Shown here piece by piece: positions 17,811-28,821 of a DNA stretch of 64,000 bases; the stretch's first letter is position 1, and each line of letters begins with the position of its first letter. Origin of the DNA: Acidobacteriota bacterium. Lineage in GTDB: Bacteria > Acidobacteriota > CAIWXX01. The translations under genes were made by a program, and so were the position numbers. The stretch lies in assembly GCA_040755995.1 (NCBI GenBank), contig JBFMAF010000016.1, forward strand, positions 32,001 to 96,000, read 5' to 3'. A model generated the notes under the pieces. That model did no database searches. It saw only the letters and a program-made list of their open reading frames with translations, and was not told the origin of the DNA.

Positions 17811-20600
17811 GTAGAGGGGTGACTCGTGGATCGGATGGCCGGATGGAGTGCGCAGGGCTCCGGCTCGCAGCGCCGCCAGTGTGGCGAGCTGGGCGGAGCG
17901 CAGGGCGCGAGTGCGGTCGCCGCCGCTAGCAAGCTCCCTGTAAAAACGCTCCATCTGGAATTGCGCGACGACGTCGGCCACACGCCAGAGGCTGACCAGG
18001 GCACTGCGCGCACCCGCGACCAGCAAGGCTCGCTGGAAGCCGAGCACGCCGTCTCCTGAGAGCCGCCCGACACCGCTTTCGCAGGCCGACAGCGTCACCA
18101 GATCGGCAACCAGCCGGCTCGACTGTATCTCGGTCATCGTCCACCGGCCGTCGCGTGCGGCCGGGTCGCTGGTCGCATTCGGCCCCTCAGAAGGCGCCAG
18201 GACTACGCAACTTTCCTGCGGCCTGTCGTCGCGCATCAGAGCATGCGTCGCAAGATGCAGGACTGGCGCCCCGGCCGCGAGCCGGCGCACCTCGGGCTCG
18301 ACCGCCTGCCGGCCAGTGAGCATGACCGCCGCGCCGCCGCCCAGCGCCTTGGCGACTGCACGCGCTTCCTGCTCCGCCCCGGGCAGCGGATCGAGCGGTC
18401 GAGCTCGCCCCGGCACAGCCGGCATCTCCGGGTTGCCGACGACCAGAACCGGTCCCGACGCCTCGGCCCTCCCCCGCTCCCGGCCGGTCCACGCCAGAAT
18501 GCTGAGAGCTGGCACGTAGCTCAACGCGTGTCGCTCCACAAGATACTTCCCACTCGCGTCCAGCAAACTCGCGAAGGAGACCAGAAACAGCCGGTCGTGC
18601 GGAACTATCGTGACGACGCGCTCGGGGTCGCTCGGGAGCCATCGCGCGACGGGCTCGACGAGCAGCCGGTCCAGATCACGCAGCGTCGCGCGGAGCGCGG
18701 CGTCAGGATCCGCCGGAATCGGCTTCCCGGGCTCCGGCTGCACCTCGCGTCGCAGATCGCCGACCAGCTGTTCGAGCCGCGCCGGCGCGAGCGGGGAAGT
18801 GGCGACATGGAGCGCGCCATCCGGACCGATCACCCACGCGAACAGGCGGCCATCGCCCACGAAGTACTCTACCGCGGTCGCTCCGCGCTGGCGGACTTCA
18901 CCGATGAGCAACGCTGCGGGCGGAACCTCGACGTGGCGCGGGCTCGGCGTGGCATCTGCAGCCTCGGCGCCGATGGCGGCCGCGATGGCAGGATCGCTCG
19001 CCTCTGCGGTGCTGGCGAACAGGTCGAGCGACGCGCGGGCCCGCGCGCGCTCCGCCACCTCCAGCGCCTCGATCACGAGCCCGGAATCGACCAGCAATCC
19101 GACGGCCCGCGAGTAGACAGCCTGCCTGCCGGCGATCTCTGCGCGTTTCGACCGGTCGGTGGGGACTCCTTCGGCGCGGAGCTTCTCGATCGCCGCGAGC
19201 GCCGCCCTGAGATGGTCGAGCGCCTCGCGCCGCATGTCAAAGGTGATCTCGACCTCGGCCAGATCGTAGTAGGCGTTCCAGATCATCTCGAGGTTCTCGG
19301 TGGCGCGCGCGGCATCGACCGCGCGGTGGCCGTCGAGCAGCGCCGACTCGCGCTCCCCGCCGCTCGCTTCGAGTCGTGCGAGCCCGCCCAGCGCCATGCT
19401 GCGGTACGGCAGATCGATCCGCTCGGCGACCTCGATCGCTGCGTGGAAGAGCTCGCGCGCCCGCTGTGGCTCGCCGACGTTGACGCTTGCCCGCGCCGCT
19501 TCGAGCAGAAACCAGGCAGAGGCCCGCCAGTCCTCCAGCCGCCGCCAGATCGCGAGCGCCTCGCGGTAGCGAAGGAGCGCCTCGGCCGGGCGATCCAGCT
19601 CGGCGGCCAGCTGGCCGAGCCGGGCGAGTATCCAGGCCTCGCCGCGCGGATCGCGCTGCTCGCGCCGCGCCGCCAACACCTTCTGGAGCTCGCTCCGCGC
19701 TTCCTCATGCCGGTCCAAGCTGCGTAACGCCTGGGCGCGAAGATACCGCCCCCAGGCCAGAGAGGCCGGATCGCCGCCGGGCTCCGCGGCGGCCGCAACC
19801 GCACGCTCGGCCGCGGCGAGAGCGTCGTCGCCGCTGCCCTGTATCAGGAACACGACGGTCACGTTGCAGAGCACGCGCGTCTTGCCGCTGGCGCTCCCCA
19901 GTTCCTCGTAGGTACCCAGGGCCGCGTGGTAGTGATCGAGCGCCATGGCCAGGAATCTGCGGTCGAGGTTCGCGAACGCGATATCCTCGTGGGCGAGCGC
20001 CGTGCCGCGCCGGTCGCCGGCTAGCTCAGACAGCGCGGCAGCGCGGCCCGCGCGGGCGATCGCCGCATCGTAGTCGCCGCGCTTGACTGCGATGCGGCCG
20101 AGCAGCCGGAGGGCTGCAGCCTGTTGGACTCGATCGCCGGCCTGTTCCGCCAGCACCAGGGCGCGTTCGCCGCGTTCGCTGGCGGTCGCGTAGTCCGGGC
20201 GCTTCCACGCCGCGTGCCCTCGCTCGATCAAGACGATCGACTCGCCGACCGGATCGCCCAGTTCCGCGCTCCGCCGGGTTGCCTCGGCGTAGCGCGCCTC
20301 GGCCGCTTCACGCTCGCCTTGCTCGTCGAGGGCGGCGGCGAGCCGGGCCAGTGCGGCGACTTCGAGCCGCCCGTCGCCCGCCGCGCGCGCCCGCTCGAGA
20401 GCCTCCTCGGCGACCGTACGCGCAAGCCCGGCTCCAGAGGCGATCAGGAGATCCTCAGCCTGGTCCAGCAGCTCTGCAGTGCTCGGCGCGGGCGCGTCCG
20501 GATCGGCTTTCAGCGGAGCGCCGGGGCCCGGCAGGAGGGTTGCCGGCACCAGTGCAGCGAGAATGACAGCGACGATGATTCGCGCGCCGGTGCGGCTCAC
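17775..20600 (-). CDS. TPR-repeat CHAT-domain (caspase-like) protease
   Basis: Signal-like N-terminus; many TPRs; LHLATHA (His) and VTLSACESG (Cys) catalytic motifs; SLWRVAD; YWAPFVLVG. Confidence 0.92.
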   Translation of the reverse strand: MSRTGARIIVAVILAALVPATLLPGPGAPLKADPDAPAPSTAELLDQAEDLLIASGAGLARTVAEEALERARAAGDGRLEVAALARLAAALDEQGEREAAEARYAEATRRSAELGDPVGESIVLIERGHAAWKRPDYATASERGERALVLAEQAGDRVQQAAALRLLGRIAVKRGDYDAAIARAGRAAALSELAGDRRGTALAHEDIAFANLDRRFLAMALDHYHAALGTYEELGSASGKTRVLCNVTVVFLIQGSGDDALAAAERAVAAAAEPGGDPASLAWGRYLRAQALRSLDRHEEARSELQKVLAARREQRDPRGEAWILARLGQLAAELDRPAEALLRYREALAIWRRLEDWRASAWFLLEAARASVNVGEPQRARELFHAAIEVAERIDLPYRSMALGGLARLEASGGERESALLDGHRAVDAARATENLEMIWNAYYDLAEVEITFDMRREALDHLRAALAAIEKLRAEGVPTDRSKRAEIAGRQAVYSRAVGLLVDSGLVIEALEVAERARARASLDLFASTAEASDPAIAAAIGAEAADATPSPRHVEVPPAALLIGEVRQRGATAVEYFVGDGRLFAWVIGPDGALHVATSPLAPARLEQLVGDLRREVQPEPGKPIPADPDAALRATLRDLDRLLVEPVARWLPSDPERVVTIVPHDRLFLVSFASLLDASGKYLVERHALSYVPALSILAWTGRERGRAEASGPVLVVGNPEMPAVPGRARPLDPLPGAEQEARAVAKALGGGAAVMLTGRQAVEPEVRRLAAGAPVLHLATHALMRDDRPQESCVVLAPSEGPNATSDPAARDGRWTMTEIQSSRLVADLVTLSACESGVGRLSGDGVLGFQRALLVAGARSALVSLWRVADVVAQFQMERFYRELASGGDRTRALRSAQLATLAALRAGALRTPSGHPIHESPLYWAPFVLVGEPR

Positions 20601-21031
20601 CGGACGCCCCCGGAGAGCGTCACCTCATGTCGCGTAGTGGAGAGCTGCCACGGCATTGACCTCTCCTCGTCCCGCAGCTCCCTCACACCATCATAGACCA
20701 TGAAATACGCGTTTTGTACCAGGCGATCGACTCGGCGTCTTGTCCATCCACTTGGATCCAACCCTGAGACTATTTCTAGGCAAGGCAGCGGCATAAGTCA
20801 AGGAGTTCGCTTGATTGAGCCAAGAGCGGAGTGATGATCGTCACAGGGGTCATGGTACTTCAGCGTGGCGGCTGAGTCTTACTCATCAGGATGCGCTAGT
20901 TGGAGCGTGTCAGGAGGATTCGGTAGTGGCGGCTCGGGATGGCGTGGGGCGAACGGTCGCGAGTGCGCTCGCGTCCTTGCTCTTCTCGCCCCGAGCGCCG
21001 AAGGTCGTCGATACTCCGGCGGAGGGTTATC

Positions 21032-23317
21032 ATGGGCACAAAGATGCGTGCGCTCTACCTGGTCTTCGGACTGGCTGCGACCATTGCCCCGGGCATGGCT
21101 GCGCCGCCCGTCCTGCACTTTTCCGACCTCACGAGTGGCCCGAGAACCGGCAATTCGGATAGCTCCGGAGGCCGCACTCCTGGTCGTGACGGCGCGATCG
21201 TCACGATCTGGGGAACCAATCTCGGGAGCAGCAGGGGAAGCAGCAAGGTCTACTGCAACGGTGTCGAGGCCGCGTCGTACTATTCGTGGGGTGACGCGAC
21301 GTCGCCCGCCAACCTCTCGACCTACCACAAGATGCAGACGATATCGTTCCAGGTGAGCCAGAGCGCTCAGAACGGCTTGGGGCAGATCTGCGTGGTCGTC
21401 GACGGGCTGCAATCCAACGGTCTGCCGTTCACCGTGAGAAGCGGCGGGATCTTTTTCGCCAAGACCAGCGGCAACGACGGGACGGGCAGCGGCAGCTGGG
21501 GCAGCCCCTGGCGCACAATAGTGAAGGCCAAAGACAGCCTCTCGCCAGGCGACATCGCCTACATCTGCGACGGTGTCAACCAGACGACGGAAACGGATGT
21601 CAGCGCCTGTGTGAACCTGGATACCGACGGGACGGCTGGCACCCCCAAGGCTCTCGTCGTGTATCCCGGGGCGAGATCGTATGTGGGGAACACGTCGATC
21701 GAGCGCGCCTTCCATGTATGGAACGGGCAGAAAGCGGGCTACTCGGTGCACTGGGTGGTAGCCAAGTTCGACATCACGACCGGGGCAGTCGGCGTCAACG
21801 CGCAAACCGGCTTCCGCGTCGTGGGCAATCACATCAGGGCGCCCAACGGCGACGGCATGGATGGCGCGATCTACTGCGTCGGCAGCGACGTCTTCGCGCT
21901 CGGCAACGAGCTCGAGAGCGTAGGAAGCGCGCAGTGCAACAAGCTGTATCATACGATATACGTGACGGGGGTAAGACAGGACGGCGGCCCGCGGGCGCCG
22001 ACGGAGCGCAACCGCGAAGTTGGCTGGAACTACATCCACGACAACCTGGCGAACCGGGCTATCAACATCTACAGCGAGCAGGACTACTCGGCATACATCC
22101 AGCAGCACCGCATCCATGACAACGTCATAGTGAACCAGCGTGGCGACGGGATTCTGCTGGGCTACTACGTCACCGCCGAGAACTGGATCTACAACAACCT
22201 GATCGTGCGCGCGGGGCTTGGGCCCGAATTCAGCGATCCCTCGTACCATACCGGGATTCGCATCAACACCGGGCACGAGAGCGTCGCTTCGACTGTAGTG
22301 CATTGCTACAACAACACGCTCTACGGTTGTGGCTGGGCCGGGGCGGCTTACGACGGTGAGACCGGCGGCATACTCGTCAGCCCGGAGGCGCTCGCGATGA
22401 GCGGTGTCAGCTTCCGCAACAACATCGTCTACTCGACCGGAGAGCCCTACATGGCAGGGGAATCGGGCGCGATTCCGCCTGGAGATGGGCGCAACTGCTG
22501 GTTCGGGAACGGGGCCGCTCCGGGCTGGGACGCGGGAGCGGTGAACGCGGATCCGCTCTTCGTGAATGCAGGCGCGAACGATTTCCGGCTCACATCGGGC
22601 AGCCCTTGCAGGGACACCGGTGTCGACCTGTCCGCGGTAGTCGCCAGAGACATCCTGGGCACTTCCAGGTCTCAGGGCCCGGCGCTCGACATCGGGCCGT
22701 TCGAGTTCATCGATGAGGCGCCGGTGTGCCGCGTGAGCTGTTCGGCCAGCGTGCCCTCGGTCGGCCTCATCGGGGCTGCGGTCGCTTTCCAGGCCACCGC
22801 ATGGTTGATCGATTGCCCAGGCGGCGAAGTTGCCTACATGTGGGAATTCGGGGACGGCGACACAGCAGCCGCGCAGAATGCGTCGCACACATACGGCTCG
22901 GCGGGCACTTACTATTGGACGCTGACGACCACGGCCCCCGGAGCGCGTACATGCTCGCAATCCGGCTCGATCACGATCTACTCGACCGCGATGCCGGATC
23001 TCACGGGCGCCTGGACGAGCGTCAAGAAGAGGCGCGCCAAAGTGAATGCAACGTTCTCTTGCCGGAACACGGGGATCGGTGGCGCGGCGGGTTTCATCGT
23101 GAGAGTCTACTTCTCCAACAAGGCCAAGGTCAGCCGCAAGTCGACGCTCGTCAAGACGCAATCTGTCCCGTCACTTGCCGCAGGCGGCAGCGTGGCAGTC
23201 AAGGTCACTGGCACCCCGTCGAGCAAACACAAGCACATCATAGCAGTCGTGGACTCGACCGGTGCCGTCGCCGAGGCGAACGAGTCCAACAACACAGTCG
23301 CCGCCCCGCTCCCTTGA
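21032..23317 (+). CDS. Secreted IPT plus right-handed beta-helix protein with PKD and CARDB-like tail
   Basis: GGAGG RBS; signal peptide; GAIVTIWGTNLG IPT; GNDGTGSGSWGSPWRTI; beta-helix repeats; WEFGDG PKD; CARDB tail. Confidence 0.85.
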   Translation: MGTKMRALYLVFGLAATIAPGMAAPPVLHFSDLTSGPRTGNSDSSGGRTPGRDGAIVTIWGTNLGSSRGSSKVYCNGVEAASYYSWGDATSPANLSTYHKMQTISFQVSQSAQNGLGQICVVVDGLQSNGLPFTVRSGGIFFAKTSGNDGTGSGSWGSPWRTIVKAKDSLSPGDIAYICDGVNQTTETDVSACVNLDTDGTAGTPKALVVYPGARSYVGNTSIERAFHVWNGQKAGYSVHWVVAKFDITTGAVGVNAQTGFRVVGNHIRAPNGDGMDGAIYCVGSDVFALGNELESVGSAQCNKLYHTIYVTGVRQDGGPRAPTERNREVGWNYIHDNLANRAINIYSEQDYSAYIQQHRIHDNVIVNQRGDGILLGYYVTAENWIYNNLIVRAGLGPEFSDPSYHTGIRINTGHESVASTVVHCYNNTLYGCGWAGAAYDGETGGILVSPEALAMSGVSFRNNIVYSTGEPYMAGESGAIPPGDGRNCWFGNGAAPGWDAGAVNADPLFVNAGANDFRLTSGSPCRDTGVDLSAVVARDILGTSRSQGPALDIGPFEFIDEAPVCRVSCSASVPSVGLIGAAVAFQATAWLIDCPGGEVAYMWEFGDGDTAAAQNASHTYGSAGTYYWTLTTTAPGARTCSQSGSITIYSTAMPDLTGAWTSVKKRRAKVNATFSCRNTGIGGAAGFIVRVYFSNKAKVSRKSTLVKTQSVPSLAAGGSVAVKVTGTPSSKHKHIIAVVDSTGAVAEANESNNTVAAPLP

Positions 23318-23756
23318 GTGAGCGGGAGGCACCGCCAAGGCGGGTGAAGCCAGTAAGGCGTGGCGGCCTCCAATGGCGCGGGAGAGAAGATGGGGGTGAG
23401 GCGAGGGCGATTGCTCCGCGCGTTTCATGTGCACCCTGCGCTGCCCTGGAATGCAGCAGAACCGCACGTGCGGACTTCCACTGACAGCTTGGGGCTCGGA
23501 TGCTCTGTGCCCGAACGAGTGTCCGAGTTGTGGTCTCTATCTTCCCCGGAGCACCCGTCCGGGGGCGAGACACTGGAGGCCGCTTTTCTGACCGGATCGC
23601 GGAGATACTTGCACAGTTCAGGCTAGCTTCCAGGCTGAACGCTGCTGTCGCCCGTCTCCCAACCGGCGGAGTCGCCGCCGCTGACCGCGCCGCGCACGGC
23701 GGCAGCCGCGGGACTGCCCGCACCGACGCGATAGTCGACAAGTCGCAGCCGTGAAC

Positions 23757-24560
23757 CTACGTTCGAGCACGAAACCGCGCGATGAATCCGAGGACCAGGC
23801 TATTAAATATGCCGGGCTGCTCGATCGGGAGCGCGTGGCCGGCCTTCGGTACGACCACCAGCTCGGCGTTCTGTATCTCCCGTGCAATGATCTCGCTGTA
23901 CTTGCGTGGCTTGAGGACGTCGTCCTCGCCCACCATCACGAGCGTGGGCACGGTGATTCGGTGGAGCTCAGAGGTGAGGTTGAGGCGGGAGAAGGCGAGG
24001 AGCAGCTCGCGGACGGCGTCCATGTCGAGCGACGCGAAGCGTGCCTCGGAGGCCTCGATGGCGGCCCGGTTCTCAGAGATGAATCGGTCTGAGAAGTTCA
24101 AGAAGTAGCTGGCCAAGTAGAGCGCCCTCGGGCTGTTCGCCTCCGCTGCTGCGGTCCAGGAGGCAATCATTCCCTGCAGCACGGCGTCCGATTGGCTCAC
24201 AGCGGAAGCCACAATCAGCGTGCGAACCCGCTCGGGATGGTCAATGGCGAAGGTCATGCTGACCTCGGCTCCATATGAGATACCGCCGATGTGAGCTCGT
24301 TCAATGCCAAGCCCGTCCATCAACGCGGCGAGATCGTGGGCGTGGAGAGCCATGCTGTAAGGGCCCGCCGGGTGATCCGACAGTCCCATGCCGCGGCAAT
24401 CGTACAGAAGTAAACGCACGTGCTGAGAGAGCACATCCTTCTGGTGCACCCAGCTGGCTGTTGTCATGAACACTCCGTTCGACAGCACCAGGACGGCAGC
24501 ATCCTCCGGCCCGTGGATCTCATAATACATGTCGATTCCACCTGCATGAATCATGGGCAT
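23757..24560 (-). CDS. Alpha/beta hydrolase (PcaD-like esterase/lactonase)
   Basis: YDCRGMG, GISYG nucleophile elbow, GEDD, GHAL. Confidence 0.9.
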   Translation of the reverse strand: MPMIHAGGIDMYYEIHGPEDAAVLVLSNGVFMTTASWVHQKDVLSQHVRLLLYDCRGMGLSDHPAGPYSMALHAHDLAALMDGLGIERAHIGGISYGAEVSMTFAIDHPERVRTLIVASAVSQSDAVLQGMIASWTAAAEANSPRALYLASYFLNFSDRFISENRAAIEASEARFASLDMDAVRELLLAFSRLNLTSELHRITVPTLVMVGEDDVLKPRKYSEIIAREIQNAELVVVPKAGHALPIEQPGIFNSLVLGFIARFRART

Positions 24561-24689
24561 GGCACGTCTCCATTGCATTTCTCGGTTGGCGGTACCATGG
24601 ACCGCACAGCCCGCTCGCGACGGGAGATGCTGTTCTCCGTCCCGGTCGCAAAGAACGTTGACCGCGAAGTGAATGCGTCGTAGAATAAA

Positions 24690-24706
24690 AACCTAACGTT
24701 TGGTAT
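24690..24706. promoter_or_regulatory. Putative TetR operator ACCNAACGTTNGGT
   Basis: Near-palindrome just upstream of the tetR start; similar sites at 33780-33797 and 33817-33833. Confidence 0.6.
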
Positions 24707-24712
24707 GTAATC

Positions 24713-25378
24713 ATGCAGCAAAATGAGAGATCGGAACGGAGTAGGGGAGCGGTGCTTGAGGCGGCGCTTGATCTGTTCTCCCGCCAGGGTTACCGCGGTA
24801 CGAGTGTGCGTGAGATCGCAGCGGCTGCTGGGGTCTCCACCGGCAACGTCTACCACCATTTTCCGGATAAGGAGACCATGTTCGTCGCTCTGCTGGAACA
24901 GTACTGGGAGGCGATCGACGGCCCCGACCTGCCACTCAATAAGGCGCTGGCATCCGGCCAGTTTCCGGATGACCTGGCCGCACTGGGCGAAGCCGCGCGA
25001 GAGACTGTGGAAAAATACAAGCCGTACGTGGCGCTGATTTATGTGGACGTGGTGGAGTTCGGCGGCGTCCATATCCGGAGATTCTATTCTGAGATGGCCA
25101 GGCGGTTCGAGGACTCCATGGGTGCCCGAGTGGACAGGGCTCGCGTGGAGAGACGCATCAGGCCCGGCATTTCGCCCGGCTTCGCCGCGATGTTGGTGAG
25201 TCGCGTCTATCTGAACTACTTCGCCGTCGAGATCCTCTTCGGAGTGCCAAACCACTTCGGCAAGAGCACGCCCGATGTGATCCGCGCGATCGCCGACATC
25301 TTAGAGAGGGGCATCCGCGTTCCGGAAGACCCGTCGGCAGGCAGTCCAGCCACTGACTCCAAACCCCAGGCGTCATAG
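24713..25378 (+). CDS. TetR/AcrR family transcriptional regulator
   Basis: AALDLFSRQGYRGTSVREIAAAAGVSTGNVYHHFPDKE HTH. Confidence 0.95.
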   Translation: MQQNERSERSRGAVLEAALDLFSRQGYRGTSVREIAAAAGVSTGNVYHHFPDKETMFVALLEQYWEAIDGPDLPLNKALASGQFPDDLAALGEAARETVEKYKPYVALIYVDVVEFGGVHIRRFYSEMARRFEDSMGARVDRARVERRIRPGISPGFAAMLVSRVYLNYFAVEILFGVPNHFGKSTPDVIRAIADILERGIRVPEDPSAGSPATDSKPQAS

Positions 25379-25440
25379 GCCGGGCCGAACGGTTGAGCCG
25401 GCGGGCGGTGGAGGCCGCCTCCACGGCGTTCGACACCGCA

Positions 25441-26301
25441 TCAGAACCGAAGCGACTTTGCGCGCATGAATGCCAACAATGTCGAGAAGAATACATCAGG
25501 GCGTTCAAGGTACACCACGTGGCCGGACTCTTCGACCAGCTCGAAGCGCGTGTTGGGCAGGATGCCGGTGATTCTCCGCTGAACCCACGGCGGGATCGCG
25601 CGGTCCTGGGCTCCGGCCATGATGAGAGTCGGGGTGCGAATGGCCCGGTATGCCGGCAGGTTCTGGTCGACTGAGGCGAAGAAGGGGTCCTGCGCCTCGG
25701 TCAGCCGGATCAGGCAATGCAGCCTGTTCTTGTAGCGATCTTCGAACCGCTTGCGCATAGGTTCCAGGTTCTCGCGGCCGATCCTGCGCACGAAAGCATC
25801 GCCGAAGATCTTCTCGTACATGTAGTGCGTGTAGATGTCGAAGACATCGGGGCCGCGCCGGTAGTACAAGAGCGACAGCGCCTCGTACATCTCGAATAGC
25901 TCGTCGGGCATCAGAAGGATTCCGGACAGCACCAGGGTGTGGAGGCGCTCCTGGAAGAGGCGCGCGAACTCGATCGCCACGAAACCCCCGTAGGAAATCC
26001 CCATGAGATGGACCTTCTCGATCCCAAGATGGTCCAGGATCGCCGTGAGGTAGCCCGCCATGTCCGGGAGCGAGTAGGGTATGTCGGGATCGGAGGACTC
26101 GCCCTGGCCGAGGTAGTCATACAGGATGACATCGAATTCGGGAAACACATGCGGCAAGAACGGATACCATGCCCTTGTGTGCATGGCCAGGCCGTTCAGC
26201 AGGCAGACCGCATCGCGCTTCTTCTCGCCGAAGTACTCCCAGTGCACCCGGTATTCGCCGGCCTGGATGAAGCCGTCCTGTGTCGGCTGCAGTTCACTCA
26301 C
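25441..26301 (-). CDS. Alpha/beta hydrolase
   Basis: YDYLGQG, GISYGG, GAQD, SGHVV. Confidence 0.9.
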   Translation of the reverse strand: MSELQPTQDGFIQAGEYRVHWEYFGEKKRDAVCLLNGLAMHTRAWYPFLPHVFPEFDVILYDYLGQGESSDPDIPYSLPDMAGYLTAILDHLGIEKVHLMGISYGGFVAIEFARLFQERLHTLVLSGILLMPDELFEMYEALSLLYYRRGPDVFDIYTHYMYEKIFGDAFVRRIGRENLEPMRKRFEDRYKNRLHCLIRLTEAQDPFFASVDQNLPAYRAIRTPTLIMAGAQDRAIPPWVQRRITGILPNTRFELVEESGHVVYLERPDVFFSTLLAFMRAKSLRF

Positions 26302-26329
26302 GTCTACCTCCTCACCTCAACAATGGTCC

Positions 26330-27868
26330 TCAGCCTCGCCCAGTCTGCAGGTGCCTCTCGCGGAGCTCCCCCTTCAGCACCTTGCCGTAAGGCGTGCGAG
26401 GAAGCGAATCGAGGAACACGAATTCGACCGGGATCTTGAAGCGCGCGAGCCTCTCGCCCAGGAACGTCCTGAGGCTGTCCGCGCTCGGCCGATCCTCCGT
26501 GCTCGCAACCACGAACGCCACCCCCACCTCCCCCCACCTCTCATCGGGCACGCCGACAACCGCTGCATCCATCACGGCCGGATGGAGCAGTAGCTCGTTC
26601 TCGACCTCGGCCGGGTACACGTTCACACCGCCGGAGATGATCATGTCCTTCTTCCTCCCGGCGATCCAGAAGAACCCGTCGGCATCGCGTTTGGCCAGAT
26701 CGCCGGTGTGGAACCATCCGTCCGGATCGATCGCTTCAGCCGTGGCCGCCGGGTTGTTCCAATACCCGCTGCAGACATGCGGCCCGCGCAACAACAGCTC
26801 GCCGACTTCGCCCACGGGCACCTCATCTCCGTCCGCCCCGGCCAGGCGCGCCTCCGTGAACATCAGCGGCTTCCCAATGGAACCGATTTTGCGAGTGGAC
26901 TCCTCGGTGGTCATCGAGAAGCAGTTCACTCCTACCTCGGTGAGACCATACCCCTGCTTGAAGACGACGCCCCTCCGCTGGTACGCATCCATGATGTAGA
27001 GAGGCAGAGGCGCCCCGCCTGATATGAACCATCGCACATGACTCAGATCCACCGTCTCGAACTCCGGCGACTCCATCAGCAGCTTCCAGATCGTCGGGAC
27101 TCCCAGCACAACCGTGCACCTCTCGGCCTGGATCTCCCGCCAGATCTCTGAGGAATCGAAGCCGCGGTGGAGGACGATAGTGCCGCCGATCGCAAAGATC
27201 GGCACCAGAAATGCGCCGAGCCCGCCTGCGTGATACAGCGGAGTGAAGATCGGACTGACGTCGTCCGCGCGAAGCTGCCAGCACATCGCCGTGTTGAAGC
27301 CGTTCCAGGTCACCATGCGATGAGGTATCATCACGCCCTTGGGGCTGCCCGTCGTGCCGCTGGTGTAAAGAAGGCAATAGATGTCCTCGACACCGCATCG
27401 CGGAAGCGTGGCTGATGAGCCCCGCCCCTGCTCGACCAAATGGGCGTGCCGCACGTCCGATTCGTCAGCGGGCTCGTCCAGCGCTATCCAGCAGCGAATC
27501 GCCGTGGCCTGTTTGAGCTCGCGTACGGCGTCGCGGAATGCCCCGTCGTAAGCGAGCGCGGTCATCCCGCTGTCTCGCGCTATCGGCTCCAGCTCACGAG
27601 CCGTCAGCCGCGTTCCCAAAGGCACCAGCACCACGCCGGACTTCCCCGCCGCGAAGAACGCATCGAGGAACTCGACCCGGTTGTGCGCGAGTATCCCGAT
27701 CCGATCCCCCTTCTTCAAGCCAACCACATCGAGCCATGCACGCGCACAAGAGGCCGCACGCTGGTCGAGCTGGGCGTATGTGAAGCGTTCGCCTGTCGGC
27801 ACGTAGACGAGGGCGGTCTTCAGAGGCGTGAGGCGCGCCCGCTCGCCGAGAAGGTCACCGCGCAGCAC
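26330..27868 (-). CDS. Acyl-CoA synthetase / AMP-dependent ligase
   Basis: YTSGTTGSPKG, GYGLTE, WFHTGD, GRKKDMIISGG, GKVLK; GTG start inferred. Confidence 0.93.
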   Translation of the reverse strand: MLRGDLLGERARLTPLKTALVYVPTGERFTYAQLDQRAASCARAWLDVVGLKKGDRIGILAHNRVEFLDAFFAAGKSGVVLVPLGTRLTARELEPIARDSGMTALAYDGAFRDAVRELKQATAIRCWIALDEPADESDVRHAHLVEQGRGSSATLPRCGVEDIYCLLYTSGTTGSPKGVMIPHRMVTWNGFNTAMCWQLRADDVSPIFTPLYHAGGLGAFLVPIFAIGGTIVLHRGFDSSEIWREIQAERCTVVLGVPTIWKLLMESPEFETVDLSHVRWFISGGAPLPLYIMDAYQRRGVVFKQGYGLTEVGVNCFSMTTEESTRKIGSIGKPLMFTEARLAGADGDEVPVGEVGELLLRGPHVCSGYWNNPAATAEAIDPDGWFHTGDLAKRDADGFFWIAGRKKDMIISGGVNVYPAEVENELLLHPAVMDAAVVGVPDERWGEVGVAFVVASTEDRPSADSLRTFLGERLARFKIPVEFVFLDSLPRTPYGKVLKGELRERHLQTGRG

Positions 27869-28784
27869 CAGGGCTCCCTGCGGCCTCAAGAGCCGCCTGC
27901 AGCGCCTCCAGCAGCGCCTCGGGGCACTCCTGCTGGGGCACATGTCCGCACTTCGGCACCATGCGCAGCCGCACGTTGGGGAGCTCCGCCCGCATCCTCT
28001 CGGCGTACTCGATCGGCATCAGCCGATCGGAAGCACCCCAGATAATCGCAACCGGCGTCTTGATCTCAGAGAGGCGCCCGTCCAGCACGTACCGCTCCAT
28101 GTCCTGCGCCGCTGCCGCAAGCCTCGCAATCGGTCCCTCCCTGGCCAAGCGAATGACGTCATCCAGCACGAAGTCCGGAATCGGCGGGCTCGACGGATCG
28201 CGCAACGCCTGCATGAGTGTGCGAGCTTCTTCCCGATTGGCGGGCTGAAGAGTCACTGCAGAGTGCTCGCCGCGCAGCGCTCCACCGTTCACCAACAGGA
28301 CCTGTGCGACTCGTGCCGAATGCGTCTGCGCATAGAGCGTCGCGACCCATCCACCCAGAGAGTTGCCTGTCAGGGTCACAGGTTCACCTGGCGAAGCCTT
28401 GTCGAGGACCGCCTCCAGGCCGGACAAGACGACACCCACAGGCAGAGGGCCGTCCTCGGGAGCGCTCTCGCCGTGTCCGGCAAGATCGGGAATGATCAGC
28501 TTGTACTGGGAGAGGAGCGCCGGCGCAACCTTCGACCATGTGCCGGCCTGATCCCCCGCGCCGTGCAGCAGCACGGTCGGACGGCCCGAACCGCCCTCCC
28601 AGTAGACCTGCGTGCCCACCGGCGACTGCACGGCGCTCCTGGTGAGGCCGGCCTTCGCAAGCGCCTTCCGGCTCTGCCACGCGTACACTTCGAGCGGTCT
28701 CTTCCAGACGTACAGTCCACCGCCGACGGCCGCCACCAGGACCGCCGCCCCGAGTCCCAACGCCACCTTTGCCCAGACGCTCAT
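27855..28784 (-). CDS. Membrane-anchored/periplasmic alpha/beta hydrolase (esterase/lipase)
   Basis: N-terminal TM; LLHGAG, GNSLGG, WGASD, CGHVP. Confidence 0.88.
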   Translation of the reverse strand: MSVWAKVALGLGAAVLVAAVGGGLYVWKRPLEVYAWQSRKALAKAGLTRSAVQSPVGTQVYWEGGSGRPTVLLHGAGDQAGTWSKVAPALLSQYKLIIPDLAGHGESAPEDGPLPVGVVLSGLEAVLDKASPGEPVTLTGNSLGGWVATLYAQTHSARVAQVLLVNGGALRGEHSAVTLQPANREEARTLMQALRDPSSPPIPDFVLDDVIRLAREGPIARLAAAAQDMERYVLDGRLSEIKTPVAIIWGASDRLMPIEYAERMRAELPNVRLRMVPKCGHVPQQECPEALLEALQAALEAAGSPGAAR

Positions 28785-28821
28785 CTTACCTCCATTCAGC
28801 CGGCCCGCTCTGCCGATGCGC

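Noticed and set aside
20879..23161. 760-aa minus-strand ORF
   Set aside because: Antisense shadow of the secreted beta-helix/PKD gene
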